A DNA stretch of 64,000 nt, taken from contig NC_086097.1 of assembly GCF_963921235.1 (NCBI RefSeq), forward strand, positions 75,642,001 through 75,706,000. Direction: 5' to 3'. This document shows positions 1 to 12,629 of this stretch, one piece after another. This DNA comes from Mobula hypostoma. Taxonomy: Eukaryota. Each line of letters begins with the position of its first letter. Position 1 is the stretch's first letter. The position numbers and the translations under genes were made by a program. The notes below the pieces were generated by a model. The model was not told the origin of the DNA, did not search any database, and saw only the letters and a program-made list of their open reading frames with translations.

Positions 1-1003
1 TTCTGAATTTTCAGTAACTGATTCACTTATCCCTCCTTTCCCTCAGGGCAATCCCATTTCGGTGGTCCAAATTCCAGTAAACCCACACACATCCCACATT
101 TGTAGCAGATGGGATTACAGCTGCTAAGAGGCCGTGGCTAGACCTATCCAGTTGCAAAGTACAAATGTATGAATCCTCGGCAAGAGGGCAGGGTTCCCTC
201 ACCGTGATCTAAAACTAATTGGCAAGGGTTTCACCTTTAAATTGTTTGAGCTGTTAAGCAGGCATGTAACATTAGCACCAACAATCAGTGCAGACAATAA
301 TTTCAGTATGGAAGAGGTCAATTTAGTGCATTATTATGAAGATTTATAGAATTGTTATAACAAAGAACAATGCCATTTAGCCAACTATGTGTATGCTGGC
401 AATCTATGCATTTGGGTCCATACAAATTAATATATTTTGCTTACTGAGAGACTTTAAATATGACAGCAGGTTTTGTATTGGTACACTCACAGCAAAGAGC
501 AAGGCTCATAGGAAGTATGAGTGATCAGTAAATCTACAGTACCCGCTCTCTGTAAATATGGCTGACCTACTGCGAACATAGAATTGTTGTATGACCTTTA
601 TAGCATGAATCCATCATGGAGTAATATACTACGCTTGGAGATATGTTGTCAACTTATTTTCAATTTAATTCTGAATCATAGTTTGCTGAACATAAGGTAT
701 GAATATAACTTACTGTGGTTTTATTGAGAAAGGAAGATCCTCCTACAATAACAGATGTAACATATCTCTTCATTTGGAGAATATGAGCCTAACTGATTTG
801 TGTCGTTCTGCTGTGCTCTATGTCTCCACTCACTAAGCATACGCCTTCAGTCTTTTGCTAGGTCCTGTCATGGGCAGCCACTGTTCCTGGTTACGCCAGC
901 TTTTAGGATAATGACCCTGTATAACAGGGCAAGGGTTTTTGCCATTCAAAGCAAAAAATGAAATTCCAGCTAAGGTCAGTAAGCAGATTATCTGGATTGT
1001 AAT

Positions 1004-1675
1004 CACAGGAGATTCTGCAGATGCTGGAAATCCAGAGTAACACAGAGAAAATGCCGGAGGAATTCAGCAAGTCAGGCAGCATCTATGGAGAGGAATAAGC
1101 TGTTAACATTTTGGTCTGAGGCCCCTCATCAGGACTGAAAAGGAAGGAGGAAGAAGCCAGAGTCAGAAGGTGAGTGGCGGGGAAGGAGTACAAACTGGTG
1201 GTGATAGGTGAAGTCAGGTGAGGGGGAAGATAGGAGGGTAGGAGAGAAGTGATGAAGTGAGAAGCTGGGAGGTGAAAAGTGAAAAAAGATAAAGGGCTAA
1301 AAAAGAAGGAAATCTGATAGGAGAGGAGTGTGGACCATGGAAGAAAGGGAAGGAGGTAATAGGCAGGTTAGGAGAAGAGAATTAAGAGGAGACAGTGGGT
1401 GGGGAATGGAAAAAGACAGAGGCGCAAGGGGGGAGAAATTACCAGAAGTTAGAGAAATTAATGTTCATGCCATCAGGTTGGAGGCTACGCAGATAGAGTA
1501 CGAGGTGATGCTGCTCCAACCTGACAGTGGCCTCATTGTGGCAGTAGATGAGGCAATGGACCAGACTGTTGAGGACAAAGCAAGCTGTTCAACAAAGCAG
1601 ACCCATTATCTACATCATGGCTCACTGATTTAAAGGAGGCCGCACGGGTAACACCGGCTACAGTAGATGACCTGA
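1004..1675 (-). mobile_element. Penelope-like element 3'/terminal-repeat fragment, decayed
   Basis: Family end motif (TCTGCAGATGCTGGAAATC), degenerate hammerhead at ~1100-1136, purine-rich tract, GIY-YIG-tail-like antisense sequence at ~1460-1550. Confidence 0.65.
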
Positions 1676-1733
1676 CAGAACTTTTTCAAGGCTCTCTATC
1701 CAACACCTGCCAGAGTAGGAATCTGTGAAGGAA

Positions 1734-1957
1734 GGGGAGGGAACATCGACTCAAACCATGAGAGGCCTGTGTCGGGCATTTTCATGCCTTACAAGGCGCA
1801 GGTTGGAAGTCTGTGTGGGGCGCCACTCCTCGCACAGACACTAGAGCAATGTGTGGTTAAGTGCCTTGCTCAAGGGCACAAACATGCTGCCGCAGCTGAG
1901 GCTCGAAATAGCAACCTTCAGATCACTAGTCAAACACCTTAACCACTTGGCCACATG
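1734..1957 (-). mobile_element. tRNA-derived SINE with CORE-like central domain
   Basis: Reverse complement has A box TGGCCAAGTGG and CCTTGAGCAAGGCACTTAACC; same head as 7322-7631; short direct repeat (TG)AAGGAA at flanks. Confidence 0.8.
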
Positions 1958-2639
1958 AAGGAAACTTGACTCCAATAATCCTATAAACAAATAATGACTA
2001 TACTTTTTTGAGTATGCAAGCTATATGTTTACTTTATTTGATATAATTACACTATAGCTCTGGCTTAAGACATAACATACTATCACCGTTGGCAAGGCAG
2101 CATGTGAGCCAATCATATCTCCTGACTGACTGATGGGCGCTCAAGGCCCGCAACTAACCATAAATACATCCTGCATCTATATATCCCCCTCTTTGTTGCA
2201 GTATTGGAGATGGTGACTGTGACACCCTCAAACTAACCAGCTAGTAATATTATATTAACTCTTGTGATGTTCAGGCCATGTGGCAGTTGTTGGCTGTCTG
2301 AACGAAGAATATCTCAGAAAAGCGTCATGGTAAGTACAGAGGCAATTAGGAGATGCATGTTCGTTCCATCTTCTGATAAATCTGAAGAGATCGGGGGATA
2401 GGGATGTCAGCTATGAATGCATCATCATTTTTAATGAGCGTTAGTGTGTCACTAGTCAGGATCCTGTGGTGGAAGCTTCAGTAATAACCAGCACCCTCTG
2501 CTATTTATAGCATGGAGCACTGTTTCAACTTGTGGTAAATACTTTCGAAAATGAGATTTGTCTATGTGTTCACTGCTTTTGACTGTGTGTGAGTAGCCAT
2601 TAAACTTCTTGTCCTACTGCATCTCTGTCCACATCATTT

Positions 2640-3090
2640 CATGGTTGGGTTGAGTTGTTCTCCAATCTTGGAAATCCATTTGCAAATGTTGTGCCACCAT
2701 ACGTGGAGACATCATCCGTGTGTTGTTCATTTGTGGTGTATCCTCTGAGTGCTTGGCGTTCATATACTTATCAATCAATTGATTGGTTGTCATTACAGAA
2801 GCTCAGTTATGATGTTGGGAGGGGGTCTCATCACTGATTGGTTGCGTGATGAATTTGCGGTCTGGAATTTTGACAACATTAGCTTATAAATATAACTGAG
2901 GTCTACATGTCTGTTTACAGAATTGTTTGGAGAAATCCATGCTTCTAGGAATTCTCTTGCTTGTGTCTTGAGTTTCACTGATGCGCAGTCGAATTCATGC
3001 CCCTCTCGATCTTCATGGGTAGAGACAGTGGACAAATGGATAGTGAAGATCAGAGAACAACCTAACCCAACCATCAAACACCCAAACTAC
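2640..3090 (-). mobile_element. Penelope-like element of a second family (GIY-YIG C-terminus plus 3' region)
   Basis: ORF 2793-3077 contains HEFD...AREFLEAWIS.NNSVNRHVDL..IY, typical of the Penelope endonuclease end; GAGAACAAC..AACCCAACCAT inverted at ~2641-2662 and ~3053-3074. Confidence 0.7.
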
Positions 3091-3499
3091 ACATTCTCTG
3101 AGTTATTTCCAACACTATTTCATTCCTACTATCGATCTCATTAGCCACCCCCGGTCATTGGTTCTTCACAATTGAGCTGGATGGCTTGTTGGACCTCCCA
3201 AACTTTAATGAACCCTCCTTCCACACCAATTCTGCTTCTCTCCAACTTGCAAACTAAGACATTCAAGAGCCACATTAGAAACACAAGATATTGATTCACT
3301 TCAGTGTTCTGCTGTGACTTGTTCCAAAATCATTGGAGTGGCATCCAGCAGTAGCTGGAGGCCTTGGGCACCTCTCCTTTTAGAAGGGACATCATGGCTT
3401 CACTGTGTGCAAACAACATGAAATTTCACTTTCAATAAACAAAGCAATCAAGATAATGACTCATAGACAAACTTCAGATAAGACCCTCACTGGTTTATA

Positions 3500-4040
3500 C
3501 TAGCAAGAGAAAATCTGCAGATGCTGGAAATCCGAGCAACACACACAAATGCCGGAGGAACTCAGCAGGCCAGGCAGCATCTATGGAAAAAAGCACAGTC
3601 GACATTTCAGGCCAAAGCCCTTTGGCAGGACTGGAGAAAAAAAGCTCAGGAGTAGCTTTGAAAGATGGGGGAGGAGACAGAGAAACACCAGGCAGTAGGT
3701 GAAACTTGGAGGGGGAGGGATGAAGCAAAGAGCTAGGAAGTTGATTGGTGAAAGAGGCAGAAGGCCATGGACGAAAGAAAAAGTGGGGGGAGGGGTAGGA
3801 GCACCAGAGGGGGATGATGGGCAAGCAAGGAGATAAGATGAGAGTAGGAAAATGGGATGGGAAATGGTGAAGGGGGTGGGAGGCATTACTGGAAGTTTGA
3901 GAAATCAAAGTTCATGCAATCAGGTTGGAGGCTACCCAAACGGAATAAGTGTGGCGCGATCACAACAGTAGAGGAGGCCATGGATGGACATATCAGAAAG
4001 GGAATGGGAAGTGGAATTAAAATGGGTGGTCACTGGGCAA
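3500..4040 (-). mobile_element. Penelope-like terminal-repeat fragment
   Basis: Same family as 1004-1675; degenerate hammerhead at 3597-3632. Confidence 0.7.
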
Positions 4041-5352
4041 TCCCCCTTGTACACTATGGTGTACTAGAGTGGGTTTCTCACAGATCCCAATTCATGAGTT
4101 TAAGTATGATCCAATCTTTCTCCCATGAGTTCTAGGACAATCGGATGAAAGTAAGGAGAGGAATGAAGAAACCAAATATAAAAAGGACATAATTTTTTGA
4201 AAGAAACAAATCAAGTTCATAGGGAAGAGAGAGAACAAATGGGAGTGAAACCTGAGAGCTTACTTAGAAAAGGCAAATGAAGATAGACAGCACTAGACAA
4301 GAGAAATAAATCTGGGAAAATGAAGGAAAATTAATCACTGTTTGAGTCTAGTAATATGCTTTATTCAAAGAATGAAACCTATCTAGCTGTAAAACCCTTC
4401 AGAATACAAATCCTCTTCATCACTGGAAACTGAATTACTTGAAAGCTTTGTAAAAATGTTTGCGGAAATATGAGGGCAATTTGTAAACAGCTGGAATTTA
4501 TATAGATCTGAGTCATAGCTATACCTAATTTCATTTTATGAAGAAAATTGAAACTTGAGATAAAATTAATTTACATATACAATTTACAACTGTCCTACAA
4601 CATAAAATAAGCATCCATACGAGCTCAGCTTGCAGCTTGCCTGTTGCGCAAAAGATTGTGATTTCTGCATTTGCATTGCCATCCTTTAAAAACACAGGAG
4701 GTTCTGTGACCCGAAAACTAAACAAGAAATCTGCACAAGTACAGCTGCTTTAATCTTCCCCTTAAGATGAGAGAGTCATAAAATGCAACTGGAAGTAGAT
4801 GGAGCACAGGTAGATGCCAACTGGCCCAAAATATCTGTGCAGTGAATAATTCTGTATCTGTATGTCATTTCTGCTGTTCATAGTAATTTTACTGATATAA
4901 GCTCCATTCATTTGCAGAGTAGATGGATCAAGAACGGAGTCATTGAATAGTAAGTCGTGTGATATATCAACTCTTGATTTTCTGGCAGGATTTGTTACGT
5001 GATTATTTGCATGTGTCACACTCTATACTGAAAGAGAAGGAAAAACCTTGGTGGATAAACCAAGTCATATTGTTTTAATATCATCCTATTAACTGGTACA
5101 AATGAGCTCCAGGAAGTTACATGGGTTGGTGAGCCTAAAAGAAAAAAGACAAAGGTTTATAAGACTGGAAAAAATACTCAAAGACAATCTTCAAGTGATG
5201 GTTTGGGTAACTAATTTTGGAAATCTTCAATATTGAGAATACAATAAACTCCCAGTTGTGTACTTCAAAACACCTTCTAATTCCCTGATGTACTTCAGCC
5301 TATTCCCAGAAACCACATACCCAGTCTCTTCCTCATCCTGTTTATAATAGCG

Positions 5353-5354
<2 letters not shown>

Positions 5355-5413
<59 letters not shown>

Positions 5414-5428
5414 TGTGTGTGTCTGTGT

Positions 5429-5462
<34 letters not shown>

Positions 5463-5485
5463 CTGTGTGTCTGTGTGTGTGTGTG
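5355..5485. repeat. (GT)n microsatellite with CT interruptions
   Basis: Direct inspection. Confidence 0.98.
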
Positions 5486-6299
5486 CACGTAGACTGAAAA
5501 TAGGAGCGCAGAAGGGAAAACCTGGCAGCATTTGGAGCTATTTATTTTGGAGAAGTTCAAGCTCGGAAAGGATATGAATGTGGTTTTCTTTAAAATGAAA
5601 GGATTAGATTCAGTGCTAATTAGATGGGTTATTTTATTAGATAGGGATGACAGAAATTACTCTTACTGAAGAAATCTGTGGTAAAGAGTTAGAATAGGTG
5701 CCAAAAAATGTTTCCTTTTCAAAAACTAAGTTGCCTCTGGAAAGAAACTGTGAGAGATGTGGGCACCAATATTTACTTAGATTCATGAAGAGGCATAGGA
5801 GAGGATATCCGGACAGGAAACCCAGAGAAAGGGTTACTATGATGTCCAGCATCATAGTAATTTTTTTTTAGCAACCTTCCCGTGAGGCAGACAGCTTCAT
5901 TGACAAGTTGCTTGCTCGTTGGAGTAAAGTAGCCAAGAAGACGGTAAGCATGCATGTATGTGTGGGAGTAGTTGGTGTCTGAGATCATCAAATCCTGAGG
6001 TTGCAGGGTAAAATGGATTTAAGAGTAGTGAACCAGATACTGAGGGAGGTGTAAGAGGTCAGAGACTAAGTGGAGGTATGAAGACCACTCAAGGACTGAG
6101 ATCGGTATGTAAATTCAGTTTTTAAGCCTGGACAAACATATAGTTCCTTCTACCACCAAAACCAGTGCTTCTGTTGTACTCTGTAGAAAGTTACAGCATG
6201 GAAACTGTCCCTTCAGCCCATCAATACTGTACAGGCCATCACCGATTTTTACACTAATCCTACCATTACTCATTTCATTGTCCCACAATACAATCACTG

Positions 6300-6515
6300 T
6301 CTCCCCCACCCACAGATTCAGCACTTGCCTACTCGTTATGGGCAAGTTGTACAGGGGCCAATTAGTCGACCAATCTGCATGTTTTTGAGACTGGGAGAAA
6401 ACTGAAACACCAGGAGGATGCCCATCCGGTCAGAGGGAGAACATGTGAAGGGAGTAAGGTTTGAACTTGGATTGATGGAGCTGTAGGCTCTATCGGCTGC
6501 ACAGCCGTGCCACCC
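6300..6515 (-). mobile_element. Decayed V-SINE (HE1-like)
   Basis: Antisense V-domain-like sequence GGGAGAAAACTGAAACACCAGGAGG...GGGAGAACATG. Confidence 0.6.
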
Positions 6516-7321
6516 ATCATTAAAATAATAATAAACAAGTTACATCATTGATTGATTAATTATCTACGCAAAGATGCACAGAAACTCTGGTCTGAGCCCT
6601 GTTATGGAAAGACAGAAGTCAAGGTTCAAAGATGAGCATATCCCTCACCCAGTTGTTCAATGTGAAGGAGGAGCACCCAGGATGGCCATGACAGCCTCAA
6701 GGGCATTTATCAGGAACACCCAGAAGCCCTGCATAAGCAGAAGAATTTAATTATGCATGTGCCACATCATTTCAGAATAACCCATCATAGTGACCAAGTA
6801 GGTGGAAAAACTTGCTGGAAAATTGTGACACATTCCTTGCATTTGTAGAAAAAAAACTTATCCTTCTTGGCAACCAGTTACAAACGTTTGTGGCTGAAGC
6901 CATGGAATCAAAGGCAGATGATTGTCTTTCCCTCTAAACATTTTATTGTAATTAATTAGTTTACTTAATGGAAACGAAATAAACTGCTTTTGTGTTTTGT
7001 GTTGGTTAAATAGTGAGAAAATGTTTCTTCTTTGATGGGATAACCACGCCATGTATTTTGCAAGTAGCCAGACACTTTCATCTGAATTCAATATTGACAT
7101 ATACTTATGTAGAGATGCATCTTTCTAAATCTCTGTAGGCTTCACAAGACACTAAGATGCATATTGCCACTGACCACAAACCCCTGACTTACATCACAAA
7201 TAAAATCTGGGCCTTTGGGAATGAAAGTTACCATTTGAATGCAATACTTCGCCAATAAGGATAAGCCAATCAAAATGTAAATGCTCATGCATAGTCTTTG
7301 CTGTCATGCAAAGGTGAAATG

Positions 7322-7631
7322 TGTTGGCACGTGGCCAAGTGGTTAAGGCGTCGGTCTGATGATCTGAAGGTTGCTAGTTTAAGCCTCAGCTGAGACAACG
7401 TGTTGTGTCCTTGAGCAAGGCACTTAACCACACATTGCTCTGCGACGACACTGGTGCCGAGCTGTATCGGCACTAGTGCCCCTCCCTTGGACAACATCAG
7501 TGGTGTGGAGAGTGGAGACTTGCAGCATGGGCAACTGCCGGTCTTCCATACAACCTTGCCCAGGCCTGCACCCTGGAAACCTTCCAAGGTGCAAATCCAT
7601 GGTCTCACAAGACTAATGGATGCTTATAAAA
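7322..7631 (+). mobile_element. Full-length tRNA-derived CORE-like SINE
   Basis: A box TGGCCAAGTGG, TGTGTCCTTGAGCAAGGCACTTAACC, A tail, 12-bp TSD AAAGGTGAAATG (7310-7321, 7632-7643). Confidence 0.88.
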
Positions 7632-7834
7632 AAAGGTGAAATGCAATTCAAAAGCCAATTTTGGACTTTGAGCCCTGTCCAGAGTGTTTGCAATGTTGAG
7701 AAGTTGCCCATCGAGTACATTCTTTGAAGGATTTTCTGTCTCACCATTATATGTTCTAGGTCATGCACAATGCAAATCAGTGAAATACACTGGAGAGTCA
7801 CAGGCAAAAGAATATGGAAGCAGCTTCCATCAAT

Positions 7835-8930
7835 CACATTCTCCTCTACTGCCGCGATAAGGCCACACTCAGGTTGGAGGAACGACACCTTATATTCTGC
7901 CTGGGTACTGTAGCCGCCGACCTGATGGCATGAATATCGATTCCTTAAACTCCCACGAATTGCCTCCTCCTTCATCCCATTCCCATTTCCCTCATCTCCT
8001 TCTCTCCTTACCTCCTTACCTGTCCATCACCTCCCTCTGGTGCTCCTCCCCCTTCCTTTTCTTCCATGGTCTTCTACCCTCTCCTATCAGATTCCCCCTT
8101 CTCCAGCCTTTCATCTCTTTCACCTATCAACTTCCCAGCTCCTTACTTCACACCCCTGACCCCAGTTCACCTATTACCTATTGCAGTGGTCCCCAACCTC
8201 CAGGCCACAGGCCAATACCGGGCCACGAAGCATGCAGGGGTGCAGCGGTAGCCAGAACAAGCTAATTAATTAGGTGCCGCCCGGCACGTAAATGTCGGCC
8301 CAGATCAGAGGCGATTGCCGACTTCACTTGCTCTATGTGATGTTCACTCCTCTTTCCAGGGCGCTGGAGCCTTTAGCTGTTCCATTGTTTGGTCAATTTA
8401 AACGCCAGCCCAGACAGGCTGAAAAGACAGGGTTGTCAGGATCGAGGTGACATGTTGAATCTACACAAACTTCTACTAAAGTATAGGTGCTGCCGTGCTT
8501 TCTTTGTAATGACAGTTATGTGCTAGTCCCAGGAAGGATTCTCTGACACTTTTCAGAGAGAGAAACGTCGATCCTTAATGCCGAAGAATTTAAAGTTATT
8601 GACCTTCTCCACCTCAGTTTGTCTAATGAAGGCTGGCTTCTGGGCTGCACCTAATTAAATGGCTTGTTTATTTTGGCTTTTTTCTTAAAGATGTGCTGGG
8701 TGCGCTCCGGCTACCGCTGCACTCCTGCATACTTCACGGACCAGTATCAGTCCGTGGCCCGGAGGTTGGGGACCACTAACCTATTGTACTTCTTCCTCCC
8801 CAACCCCCATCTTCTTCTCATCTTTTTATCAGTCCTGATCAGAGTCTTGGCCCAAAACATTAACTGCTTACTCTTTTCCATAGATGTTGCCTGGCCAGCT
8901 GAGCTCCTCCAGCATTTTGTGTGTGTTGCA
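7835..8930 (+). mobile_element. Penelope-like 3' fragment interrupted by a hAT MITE
   Basis: RLEERHLIFCLG GIY-YIG tail at ~7871-7906, pyrimidine tract, degenerate hammerhead at ~8831-8866. Confidence 0.7.
8184..8778. mobile_element. Non-autonomous hAT (Charlie-like) MITE
   Basis: TIR CAGTGGTCCCCAACCT...AGGTTGGGGACCACTA; 8-bp TSD ACCTATTG (8176-8183, 8779-8786); subterminal inverted blocks. Confidence 0.9.
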
Positions 8931-9203
8931 GTACTTTGCTTTATCATCCTGAATGGCTTATGGTTCATTTATGATTCCAACCTGAACTGATAACAAGTGA
9001 TATGGTTTTTAGAGTGATTTATCCAATTTCCACAATGTCACGATATTATGAGCTACTCGGTGGTACACATTAAAAATTGAGAAGTGTGTTGGTACTGAAC
9101 CTCTTAACAATGAAGGCGACCTTAAAAAACTATGATCATGTTCAATGCAGACAGGTGCTTGTTATTGTGGAAGAATGTTATCAGTTAACGTTTACAGTCA
9201 ATT

Positions 9204-10845
9204 TCAGAATCAGAATCAGGTTTACAATCATGATGTGTCATGTGTTGTGAAATTTGTTAACTTAGCAGCAGCAGTTCAATGCAATACATAATATAGAAGA
9301 AGAAAAAAATAATAAAATAATAGTAATAAATAAATAAGTCAATTACAGTATACATATATTTAATAGACTTAAATCGTGCAAAAACAAATAATATATATTT
9401 AAAAAGTGAGGTAGTGTTCATGGTTTCAATGTCCATTTAGGAATTTGATAGAAAAGTGGAAGAAGCTGTTCCTGAGTCACTGAGTGTGTGTCTTCAGGCA
9501 TCTGTACCTCCTACCTGATGGTAACAGTGAGAAAAGGACATGCCCTGGGTACTGGACATCCTTAATAATGGAAGCTGCCGTTCTGAGACAACGCTCCTTG
9601 AAGATGTCCTGGGTACTTTGTAGGTTAGTACCCAAGATGGAGCCAACTAAATCTGCAACCCTCTGCAGCTTCTTTCGGTCCTGTGCAGTAGCCCCTCCAT
9701 ACCAGACAGTGATGCAGCCTGTCAGAATGCTCTCCATGGTACATTTATAGAAATTTCTAAATACATTTGTTGACATACCAAATCTCTTCAAACTCCTAAT
9801 GAAGTATAGTCACTGTCTTGTCTTCTTTATAGTTGCATCAATACGTTGGGACCAGGTTAGATCCTCAGAGATCTTGACACCCAGGAACTTGAAACTGCTC
9901 ACACTCTCCACTTCTGATCCCTCTATGAGGATTGGTTCCTTTGTCTTACCCTTCCTGAAGTCTACAATCAGCTCTTTCGTCTTACTGACATTGGGTACCA
10001 GATTGTTGCTGCGACACCACTCCACTAGTTGGCATATCTCACTCCTGTACACCCTCTCGTCTTAACTGAGAGACTACCAATTATGGTTGTATCATCAGCA
10101 AATTTATAGATGGTGTTTGAGCTATGCCTAGCCCTACAGTCATGGGTATAGAGAGTGTAGAGCAGTGGGCTAAGCACACACCCCTGAGGTGCATCAGTAT
10201 TGATTGTCAGTGAGGAGAAGATGTTATCACCAATCTTCACAGATTGTGGTCTTCTGGTTAGGAAGTCGAGATCCCATTGCAGAGAGAGATACAGAGGCCC
10301 AGGTTCTGCAACTTTTCAATCAGGATTGTGGGAATGATGGTATTAAAAGCTAAGTTATAGACGATGAACAGTGTCCTGACATAGCTGTTTGTGTTGTCCA
10401 GGTGGTCTAAGGCTGTCGGAAGAGCCATTGAGATTGTGTCTGCCATTGACCTATCGTGGCGATAGGCAAATTGCAATGGGTCCAGGTCCTTGCTGAGCCA
10501 GGAGTTCAGTCTAGTCATGATCAGCTTCTCAAAGCATTTCAACACTGTAGATGTGAGTGCTACCGGGCAATAGTCATTAAGGCAGCTCGCATTATTTTTC
10601 TTAGGCACTAGTATAATTGCTGCCTTTTTGAAGCAAGTGGGAACTTCCACCCGTAGCAGGGAGAGGTTGAAAATGTCCTTGAATACTCCGGTCAGTTTGT
10701 TGGTACAGGTTTTCAGAGCCTTACCAGGTACTCCATTGGGACCTTCCACCTTGCGAGAGTTCATCGTCTTTAAAGACAGCCTGACATCGGCCTCTGAGAC
10801 GGAGATCACAGGGTCATCAGGTGCAGCAGGGATCTTCACAGCTGC
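9204..10845 (-). mobile_element. 5'-truncated Rex1/Babar-type LINE with frameshifted RT
   Basis: [47 protein letters not shown]; (CTGATT)n tail. Confidence 0.9.
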
Positions 10846-12629
10846 AGTTAATCAATTTGAGAATTGATTCAAAAAGTGCATCCTTCTCAAAGGAAAACAT
10901 TAAAAAATGATGTCTTTGTAGCAACGACTAAATCCTGAAAGAAGTAAACTAAAAGCTGTAACTGGATTTTAATAAATTTTGTGTAAAGTGTTCAAAAAAT
11001 GAAAATTTTGTAATCTATATATCAACAACATAACTTACATTTCAGAACCAATTCATTACTTGGAAATCATTTTACAAAATCTTGAAAATGCAATAAGATG
11101 TTCCATTAATGCATTTTCATTAACTCTATTTTAGATAACTTAGTCTATCATAATCAGCTGATTTCAATTCCAGTAAATGTGAGTCTATAGATGTAAATAC
11201 TAACTTGCATTAATAATGTAATAACCTTTATAAACCCCTGAAGACAGTGCTCGAAATGATTGTTATAGAAAGAATTCATAAAAAACAAAAGCATTTCCAG
11301 CTCTAAAAATCAAAGATAAAACGGCTAATGTAGAAAATCTAAAATGAAAACAGAAAATGCTGGAAACACTCTGAAGATAAGCCATCATCTGTGGAAAGAG
11401 AAACTGAGTTATTATTTCAGGTCACAGAATTTGGAAACAGGTAAAACAAGTTAGGTTTCAGTAACAGAGATTGTGAGATGGAGGAAATGGATGGAGACAG
11501 AGAGGCCCAAAACGGCAGGGAAAAGTCAGATATGGACCATCTCTGGTAAAATGAGGGAGGAAATTAGCAAAAAGTAAGGACATTTTGAGTTGTGAATGAA
11601 TACCAAAAATAGCATCAATACAGTTTTGGTTTTTCATTCATTTTACAAGTTCACAAAATGATTTTGTTTTTTTCATTTCTACATCCACTTTTATCACGTG
11701 CCAAAACATGGAGTTCAGCATTTGTGTGGAAAGCAGCACACAGGTTCCATAGCAAAGTCCGGTAATCTTGCTCCAAAATTCTTCTGGATATTCTTCTATA
11801 ATATATCCAACTTTGTCCATTCTGCTCTGCTTAAAGTGGTTTTTCGTGTCTTCACCAACCTCCCTTTCTCCCAAACGTGAAGCCCTGACCATCACGACTC
11901 TGGCTCTGGGTGTTCAGATGAAACCCTTCCTTTTGCTTCATTTTAACCTTCAGGAACATCCTCATGGCTATGTTTTCATCTTTGCCTTTTGTGCACACTA
12001 GTAACTTACTACAACTCGTGAACTATATTTACGTTTTTCCCTTTTTGACCAACGTATATTGAGAGTCTGTATTTTGATAGGAAAACTTATACTGCAATAA
12101 CTTGGATTTAAGTGAAAGCAGAAATTCCAAGCATTTAGTCATCATGTTAAACTTACATCACATTTATCTCCTCAAATCCCATGCCACTATTGTTTCTTGA
12201 TGAAGTTCCATATTTGTTAAGTATTTATCTAATCTCCAGTTATGACTGGCTTTACTTTTACAGCTCACCGCAAAAATAAATACACAAAACTTCTCTTTTG
12301 ATAAATATCTTGGTGTTTTCCTCTTTGAAATAAATGTTCAATAGTCCATTGACTGGAAGAAATAGATCTACCACATATTTTCTCTGTTTTTTTCATTCAG
12401 ACTTTATTATTCCACATTTTTTCAACAAGTGTTTTTTTTTGTTGTATAAACGTTACCACGAACTTGCAACTGAATGCAGTGGAGTGGATTTTGCTTATGA
12501 TGGCTCTTCCACAAATTAGTCGTAGAATCTTTGAAAATTAGTGTATTGGCCAGACCATTTTAAAAGCTGTATTGACCAAATATTAACTGTGAACCTTTTT
12601 GTTCCAGATATAGATCAATAATCATGTTC

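Noticed and set aside
4762..5045. Minus-strand acceptor at 5028 with an 85-aa ORF
   Set aside because: All three frames hit stops soon after the acceptor and the ORF has no recognisable homology; a non-coding exon cannot be excluded
5295..5577. HTHT/CVCV ORFs
   Set aside because: Microsatellite translations
7325..7400. tRNA gene
   Set aside because: SINE head with degenerate B box, followed by SINE body and TSD
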